NCBI GenBank assembly: GCA_002269645.1
Contig: NIVC01000094.1
Span: 620,001 to 684,000, forward strand
Length of the DNA: 64,000 nt
Direction: 5' to 3'
From: Macrostomum lignano
Taxonomy: Eukaryota
Under the pieces are notes generated by a model, which was not told the origin of the DNA, did no database searches, and saw nothing but the letters and a program-made list of their open reading frames with translations. The translations under genes and the position numbers were made by a program. Shown in pieces: positions 38,401 through 47,400 of the stretch. Numbering within the stretch: the stretch's first letter is position 1; every line of letters starts with the position of its first letter.

Positions 38401-41400
38401 GCCACGCCCGCCAACCCCCCCAACCAGCCCCAAAGTGCAACGCGCCCTGCCAACTGACAAGGGCGCATGCACTACACCCTCCCCTCCTAAAAAAAAACAG
38501 GGCGGAGCTCGAACCACGGCGACTGGGATTCCAAATTTCAAATAACAAAGCAAAAAAAATCAAAAACAACAAATAAATTGGAAACAAACTAATGCAAAGG
38601 GGAAAAAGAAAAATGGTTGCCGCAAAAGAAATATAAAAAAAATACTGGTTTTCTGCACGCAAGTTCGTCAGAGCAACCACGGGGCACGGAATAGGCTTTA
38701 CATCAAAGCTGGCGCCACAGAAAACCATCGCAGGTGGCCGGCAGGACGCGCAGGTGGCCGGCAGGAAGCGCAGATGGCCGGGCGGGAAGCGCAGGTTGCC
38801 GACGCAGAAGCCGGCAGGAAGCGCACGTGGCCGCCGCAGAAGCCGGCAGGAAGCGCACGTGGCCGCCGCAAAAGCCGGCAGGAAGCGCAGGTGGCCGCCG
38901 CAGAAGCCGGCAGGAAGCGCAGGTGGCCGCCGCAGAAGCCGCTGAGCCATTCCCCCAGGAAGCTTGACCCCACTAGCAAGCAAATAAACCCATACAGTAC
39001 GAGCGTAACAACATACATACAAGTAAGCAGAAAATACAGTATGAATCGGAACTGGGCACCCTAGCGAACCCGAAGTCCAGGGAGACCGACGCAGCTTTTC
39101 AGGACCTCGAGCAGCCTGCCGGGCCGGCGCAAACCGAACAGCGGGATGAGCTCGTGACAGAGCTGTCGGACGAAACAATCAAAACTCTGCCTAGACCAGT
39201 AACGGCGGCCTGCTCTCTGACGCTTTACCGGAGCGATATCTCTGCGGATGAAGAACAACGCCTGCAGCAGGACCATTGACAGTGCGCTCCTCGGTTCTCG
39301 CTGCGAGTCTCGAAACAGCCGTCTCATAGCCGTGAGCACTGACACGATTCCGTCCGACTGTCCAGCCAAAATATGCTTCATCAAACGATGGCGGAGCTGA
39401 CGCGCAGCTGCCGATAACGACAGCTTTTCATCATCCCATATTGCTCCCGACGCGCGATGTGAGACAACCTCCTTGCTTTCCGGTACATCGATCTCCATAG
39501 CTTCTGACTCACTACTTCCGGAGGAGCCATCCGATGCCAGCAACTCGTCTTCTTCTTCTGTGTCGATGCTACACTCATCCGACTCCTCGCTCTCATCGTC
39601 GTCCGAGATTAGAATGTAGCCATCCGCTTCGTAATCGTTCCTCTGTCCCTGTCTCCCCTGCCTGAGACCAGCTTCCTTGCGCTGAGCTTCTTCAACTTCT
39701 CGCCTTTGCTGTACTCCCTCTTCGATGTCCGCCGGCATTCTTACACCAGTAGGAGGTATGAACGTCATTGCGAAGGTTACAGCCTCGTCATACGGGATTG
39801 ATTTATCGCCCAACTGGTCGTACATCGCTCGGCGATATGGACACGATAGAATTCTACCAGCAGTCTCAATTTCTTGGAAACGGCGTCCTGCGAGTTCCTT
39901 GTCCGGGTGCTTGTCCGGGTGCCAGAAGAGCGCTAGCTGTCGATAGACTCGCCTGATCTCGGCACGTTCGGCTGTGTGTCCGACTTGGAGGACAGCGTAC
40001 AAATCCATCTGCAAAGCAACGTACTCAAACCTGCGACACACTGTCCCTGACTCCAGATTCTACTCCTGCTCCCCTCTTGCCAGAGCGTCATCTCCTCGGA
40101 CCGTGGCCCGCGGTACCCTGCATCGTAAAGTCCCAGCGCAAATTCGAGTTGTCACCGGATGCCAGTCCGAATACCCTCCACCGATGCATAGATTTTGTAG
40201 GCAAAATTTGATTCTCGTCAAAACTTCGATGAAGATGCGATTAAAATGACTTAATGACGCATTAACGAATTTCTTGAATGACGCATTGGCGAACTGCTCG
40301 TACTCATGATGAATGATGCATTGATGAAGTACTCGTATTTATGATGAATGACGCATTCGCGAAATATTTTTCTGGCTTTTAACGATAATCGCATATGAAA
40401 CTGATGAGACTTCACGATGACGAGTAACCCATTAGAATGTCACTGGCTGGCCGTAGCGATCCGGCGGCCGTCGCAACCTTCCGGACCTTCGAGGCTCAGG
40501 TGCAGCTTCCACCGGGTTATGAGTAGGCTGCAGGTCGTCAACCAACTCCATCTGCTCTTCCAGCACCTCGGCGACTTCCTCAGCGTCCTGTGGCGGCATC
40601 AGTTGAGGCCGAGTCCAAGTCTCGCCTTCCGCATCTGCCTCCGAGTCCGTCTCGTCGACCACTTCCGGCGGTGCCGCGGTCCTAACTGGTGTTTCCAGGG
40701 CGGCCGGTCGAGCGAACTTCCGGAGGTTGTTGAAGTGGACGAACTTCGACTTTTTACGATTTGACGGGTTTTCCACTTTGAAGAGCACCTCGGATCTTCT
40801 TTCGAGCACCTTCACTGGGCCGAGCCAGCTTACGTGAAACTTTGCGGCTTCGTCTGGTTTCAGGGCGGGGCTGTAGACGAAGACATGGTCACCCTCCTGA
40901 ATATCGGATCCTCGGGTTCTTTTATCGTACTGGTCCTTCTGTCGCCGCTGATAAGTATTCAACTGCTGTCGAGCAGCGCGATGAGCTGTCTGCAATTTGT
41001 CTTCTAGCTCCTTGACGAAATTTACATGCGAATCGACAGGCTGTGGCGGCTGGTCAGTCAAGTCTATCGGTAGGCGCATCTCCGTGCCATAGATCATGTA
41101 GTGGGGAGTATAACCCGTTGCTCGATGCACGCTTGATCGGTACGCCATTAACGCAGAGCTGACGAATTCTTCCCAGTCGTTTCGTCCTGAGTCCTCTAGG
41201 CAGCACTTGAGGATGGATTTTAAACTTTTATTGAAGTTTTCTACTTGTCCATTTCCGCTCGGATGATAAGCTGTTGTTCTGATCCTGCACATTTCGCGCA
41301 TCACTTGCGATTCGAAGTTTCTTCCTTGGTCGCTGTGCAAAGTACTCGGACACCCATGTTGGCTAATCCATCGATTGAAAAGCGCCCTTGCCACCGTCCT

Positions 41401-44400
41401 TGCCTTCTGGTTGCGAAGCGGGTACGCGTCAGGCCACTTCGTAAACGAATCTTGGACTGTCAGGAGATAAATGTTTCCAGCCTTACTCCGCGGTAGCGGC
41501 CCGACAATGTCCATCATGACGCAATCGAATGGTGCTGCGAATGTCAACGGTTGCAGGGGTGCTCGGTTTCGCTTGCCCGGCTTTGACTTGCAGCAGGTGG
41601 CACAACCGCGAATATATTCTTCAATGGCACGAGACAATCCTGGACGCCAGTAGCGCTGAAGCACTTTAAATTTTGTCTTCGCAAAGCCCATGTGGCCACC
41701 TCCCACTCCCTCGTGTAGGGTTTTCAAGATACGATCCAATGCCTTTCGTGGCAGCACCATTTGATACTCATCGCGCCTGTCTTTGTTTCTCACAAGGAGC
41801 ACGTTCTCTTGCAGCACCAGGTCGTCTTTTCGAGTCCAGACGGCTCTAGCCAGTGGACTCCAAGCTGTCTCGCTTTTATCTGGAACTGGGTTTGAGCCAA
41901 GCGCTTCCTTTACTGTTCTCAAATCGTCGTCTTGATCCTGCTCGCTTGCCAGATTGCCGGCTGAGAATCGTTCAAATTCGACTGCATTTAGTCCTTCTGG
42001 ATGCTGCGCACATGCCGGGCATGTCTCCGCTCCGAAATGTCTCCGTACTGGCTTCCTCGACATTGCGTCCGCGTTGCCATGCGATCGACCTGGTCTGTGA
42101 ACGATGCGGTACTGAAATGGAGCCAACTTCTCCAACCAGCGAGCAACCTGTCCCTCGGCGTCACTGAAGTTTTTTAACCATTGCAGGCTGCTGTGGTCCG
42201 TTCGCAGACAGAACGCTTTTCCAAGCAGATAGTATCTGAACTTCATGATGAAAGTCACAACCGCTAGTAGTTCTAAACGAGTCGTACAATAGTTGCGTTC
42301 GGCTTGATTTAGTGTCTTGGACCCATAGGCGATCACTCGTTCTGCTCCATCTGGCTGGACTTGAGAAAGTACCGCTCCTATGCCCATCTTCGAACTGCCA
42401 TCAGTATCGAGGATAAACTCTCCGGCATCCGGGGAGAAATCCGGATGAGCAATAACCTCTGAACTTGTCATTCGTTCCTTCAATGTTTCGAACGCCAGCT
42501 GCTGTTCCGTTTTCCATTCAAACTTTGCGTCTTTTGTTGTCAATCGAGTTAGAGGCGCTGCTATTGCGGCGAAATCTTTAATAAACTTTCTGTAATAGCC
42601 ACACAGGCCCAAGAATGAATGCAGCTCCGTCGAGGATCGCGGTGTTGGCCAGTTCTTCACTTCTTGAACTTTCTCCTCATCGGTACTGATGCCAGCAGCC
42701 GACAGCGTGTGACCGAGAAATTTCACTTGCTTTTGCAAAAAGTGACACTTCTGGGGCTTCAGGCACAAATTTGCTTGCCGCAACTTGCTGAATATTTCCT
42801 CCAGTCTTCTCAGGTGTTCATCCACGTCGGTTGACCAAACCAGTAGATCGTCGATGTAGACGAGACAGGTTTTCCACATCTGCTTGTCCAGAACGGCTGC
42901 CATCAACCTGGTGAATGTTGCTGGGCTGTTCACTAAGCCGAACGGCATAACCTTCCATCGAAATTGTCCGCGATGCGGCACTGCAAACGCCGTCTTGTCC
43001 TGATCCTGAGGTCTCACCCCTACTTGCCAAAACCCGCTGTGAAGGTCCATTGTCGAGAAGATCTTGGCTCCGTGTACTGCCTCCAGCGCATCATCGACCC
43101 TCGGCATCGGCACTGCATCCTTGACGGTGACCTCATTCAACTTCCGATAATCGACGCACATCCTCATTTCCCCTGATTTCTTCTTTACGCACACCAAAGG
43201 AAAGCACCATGGTGACTGTGCTTCTTCGATCTGCCCCTTTTCCAGCAACTCGTTGACTTGACGATCTACTTCTGGCTGTAAGTGGGGAGGCAGACGACGC
43301 GGTGGGATCTTGATTGGGCGCGCATTCTCGGTGTTAATTTCATGCTCCACCACGGTAGTTAACTTGCTTGAAGTCTGCTTGGTCGTGAACACGTCGCTGT
43401 AACTCCGGACAAGGATTCTAAATTCTTCGTCTTCTTTCGTCGACAGTCCACAGTCGCCGTACGAGTTTGGTAGCAAGTCTGCTTCCGAAGGGCTGTTGCT
43501 GCCTTGGACCTTCGGCTCTTCCTGTGGATCGTCTCCTGACTCTACGGCTAAGAGCTTGATGGTGTTCAACGGTTCGGTGGATTCTAGGGGGCAGAACCAC
43601 CCGAGCGTACAACCTTGGCGAATTCTGACTGGCTCTTCCGTGATATTGATGAGTCGAGTCGGCAGACGGCTGCCGCTATTTGGGATCACTAAGGCCTTAG
43701 CAAGCCAGCGGCCAGCTGCCAAATCGTTCGCTCCGAGATTCTCAGTTAACCGACACACCCTCTGTTCCGTCGTCCTTTGCTCTCCAGCCTTGCTGACAGA
43801 ACTGCTTGATGACCTGGCGGTATTGTGCTGGACCTTGTCGCCAAAATTCTGCAAACGATCGGGCGCTCAGCTTGCCATCGGAACGGGATTGCAGTGTCCT
43901 GCACTGAAAAGACAGCTGTCTTGTAGTCGATGACGCAACTGTTGTCCCTGCAGAAGTCGGATCCCAATACCAGTTGGTACTTCACTCCGCTGACTACCAA
44001 GGCTGGAGTATCTATTACTTTATCAGCGATTGACAGTCGCAACAGGACTGTTCTCTCGATTTCGATCGGGCTGCCGTTTGCTAAGCTAACATAGCCTTCA
44101 GCACCGGCCAAATCTCTGACGCTCTGTTTCGGCATACTTTGGTAGGCTTCCCGTGAGATAATGGTGCAGGAAGCTCCCGAGTCCACTAGCGCGTTCACCC
44201 TCCGCCCTGCGATTGAGGCCGTAACATATATCGACGCAGGATTGATTTGAATTGACTGAGGTGCGTTGACGGTGATTGGGCGCTGCGACTGTGCAAAACC
44301 GGCTAGTTGATGGTGAGGTGCAGTACCGGACGCTGGAGGCTGATGAGGCACTGTAACGGACACTGGATGCTGATGAGACTCAGTACCGGACACTGTAGGC

Positions 44401-47400
44401 TGATGAGGCGCAGTACCGGACACTGGAGGCTGATGAGGCACTGTACCGGACACTGGATGCTGATGAGACACAGTACCGGACACTGGAGGCTGATGAGACG
44501 CTGTACCGGACACTGGATGCTGATGAGGCACTGTACCGGACACTGGAGGCTGATGAGGCGCAGTACCGGACACTGGATGCTGATGAGGCGCAGTACCGGA
44601 CGCTGGAGGCTGATGAGGCGCAGTACCGGACACTGGATGCTGATGAGGCGCAGTACCGGACACTGAATGCTGATGAGGCGCAGTACCGGACACTGGAGGC
44701 TGATGAGGCACTGTACCGGACACTGGATGCTGATGAGATGAAGTACCGGACACTGGATGCTGATGAGGCGCAGTACCGGACACTGGATGCTGATGAGGCG
44801 CAGTACCGGACACTGGATGCTGATGAGCCGCAGTACCGGACGCTGGATGCTGATGAGATGAAGTACCGGACACTGGATGCTGATGAGGCGCAGTACCCGA
44901 CACTGGATGCTGATGAGGCGCAGTACCGGACACTGGATGCTGATGAGCCGCAGTACCGGACGCTGGAGGCTGATGAGGCACTGTAACGGACACTGGATGC
45001 TGATGAGACTCAGTACCGGACACTGTAGGCTGATGAGGCGCAGTACCGGACACTGGAGGCTGATGAGGCACTGTACCGGACACTGGATGCTGATGAGACA
45101 CAGTACCGGACACTGGAGGCTGATGAGACGCTGTACCGGACGCTGGAGGCTGATGAGGCGCAGTACCGGACACTGAATGCTGATGAGGCGCAGTACCGGA
45201 CACTGGATGCTGATGAGGCGCAGTACCGGACACTGGAGGCTGATGAGATGAAGTACCGGACACTGGATGCTGATGAGGCGCAGTACCGGGCGTTTGATGA
45301 TGATGAGATGAGATGACGACTTGTTCGGAGGCTGACGAATTGCAGGGGCTCACTTGCCTCCAGCTGGTGGGCCCCTCTTGCCTTTTCCCGGCTTTGGGCA
45401 CTGGAATGAGAGATGGCCTATCTCCCCGCAGTTGTAGCACTTGACACCGCTACGCTGCTTCGAGCTGGACGGAGCCGCCTGCTTGGATTGTTGCTTGTCT
45501 TGAAGGCCGGGTTCGGGCGGCTCCTGCTGGCCCTGCTGCATCTGCTCCATCCGTCGGATCTTTTCTTCCATTTCCTTTACTTTTTGACGCAGTTGCCGTA
45601 GCTCCTCGTCTTTGCCGGTGTCACCTGTCGACGTTTCGGTGGCAAAGGCATTCAGCCCAGCCCTGGGTCTGGCTTTGGACTGGGTCGAAGACGCCTTCTG
45701 GGCTGCTTCAAGTTGTCTTACTGTTCGAATGGCATCGGTGAGGTTGGCCGTCTGCTGCAGGTACAGTCTTTCTCGGACAGTGTCGGTTACTCGAACACCT
45801 TTTAGAAATCTGTCTTTCGCCAGCTCTGTCCTGGTGTCGGCATCCGCGGTGGGGAAGGCATTGCGCACCAACTCCAGCAGCTCGTCCCCGTAGGTCTCCA
45901 CAGACTCCTTGTCTAGCTGATCTCGATTCGATAATTCAAAACGGTAGTCCTGGGCTGTTCTGTTCATGGTGAACCGCGCCAGCAGTGCATCCGTGAATTC
46001 CCCGTACTCGATGTCGTCTGCCAAGTCCAGCTTATCAACGGCAGCGTAGGCTGTTGTGAGGTCGAGTAGGCCGATCAGGTGCGGCCGCCTGGCTTCTTCT
46101 TCTATACCGACAGCCTCGCAGTACTCGTTGAAACTCTGCAGCCATAGGCTGAAATTCATCGTTGGTATGTACTTGGGCGGCTTCGAGAGTCGTGGCGCTG
46201 CTCGGTCGGCGTTGGCTCTGAGGCGCGCAGCCAGCGCATCGATCAGTTGGTCCATAGCTTGATCACCCATGGCCGAAGTCACTGAATACCGTTGCTACTC
46301 TTTACTCTGAGGTGGTGATAGCTATCAATCTCTGATAACCAATCAGTTGTCTGTCACCGTGATCAATGTCTTTTGCGGTAGGGCAATAGCCGCAGGCGAT
46401 AAGCAAAAGTCGTTTTAATAAGAAAAACGCTCACAATATGACAGCAATTTTCATAGAAAGCAACTGAGCCGACTTTCAATCTTTGGGGACAGGGTCCCTG
46501 TTCGGGCGCCAATTTGTTGTAACCCGGGTCGGCTTGGGTGCCCAGTCCCGAGTACAATATATATTATATGTGATATAACAGGCGTTGTGACGCTCTGTCT
46601 GTACTTTTATGAATACGACGAGCAGGCGTGGCGACGCTCTGCGATAATAATTTGATCCCTCTGGTGTTGTGACACTCAGAGTTCACGCTGCGGCTCGAGG
46701 TGTGGTGACACTCTCGAGTGCTTCTATTCTCTATACCGTAGGGCGTACGCAATATATGGTAAACGGTACCGTACTACAGAAGCTATATGGTCTCCCGGCG
46801 TTATGACGCTCTGGCAAGAATTCGGCCTAGCAAGCTTCCCGAAAAGAAAGGACTCAAACAGCAGGCGGCTTACCAGTGGCCAGATGACTGTTCACCGTTT
46901 ATTATTCGCAGGTCTCAAGCGCAGTTTCCGACTTCTTCTTAATTCTCCAAGACTCTTCTCAATTAGGCTATTGTCTTTCTTTTATCGAAGTAGCTAATGT
47001 TGCTGTTTCTTTTATCAGGTCTCGCGCTTGCACTCTGGGAGCACACCAAAACACAAAAAGCACGCAGGTGGTGGGCAAGAGCCAGAGTCGCACCATAAAT
47101 AGCACCCAAACCCTGGGGCAGACGGCCCCACCGGCTAAGCTCACCAAAACAAACCACGCCGGCCCAGCCAATCAAAACCCCGCCTAAGGGGGGAGGGGCA
47201 GCACCCGCGCCAAAGCTGGCCCGGCCGCAGCCAACCAGCCCTGAGCACGGGGCAGGGGCACGGCTGGGGAGGGGCACGCGCAAAGCCCGGCCGGCGGCCA
47301 AACCCTGCCACGCCCGCCAACCCCCCCAACCAGCCCCAAAGTGCAACGCGCCCTGCCAACTGACAAGGGCGCATGCACTACAGTATAAAGCAGTCAGTCT

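Larger units (their letters stand above)
37609..47382 (-). mobile_element. Full-length Ty3/gypsy LTR retrotransposon (9774 bp) with an additional J-domain ORF, antisense within a RhoGEF intron
   Basis: Two 868-bp LTRs (TG...CA), PBS, PPT, gag with CCHC knuckle, and PR-RT-RH-IN order. Confidence 0.96.

Noticed and set aside
38057-39178. 373-aa ORF overlapping the J-ORF end and the 3' LTR
   Set aside because: Runs through a GC-rich tandem repeat and LTR sequence with no domain signature.
39061-40008. Polyomavirus large-T-like protein (J-domain, acidic tract, basic motif)
   Set aside because: No LxCxE motif, origin-binding domain or helicase domain visible; the similarity is architectural only.
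43746-43854. Second programmed -1 frameshift (gag-pro-pol, MMTV/HTLV style)
   Set aside because: No X XXY YYZ heptamer in the overlap; a 1-nt deletion or sequencing error is more likely.
44310-45295. CTGATGAG (hammerhead ribozyme core / box C-like motif) in each plus-strand repeat unit
   Set aside because: No GAAA after a stem II and no stem I/III partners; no box C/D architecture.
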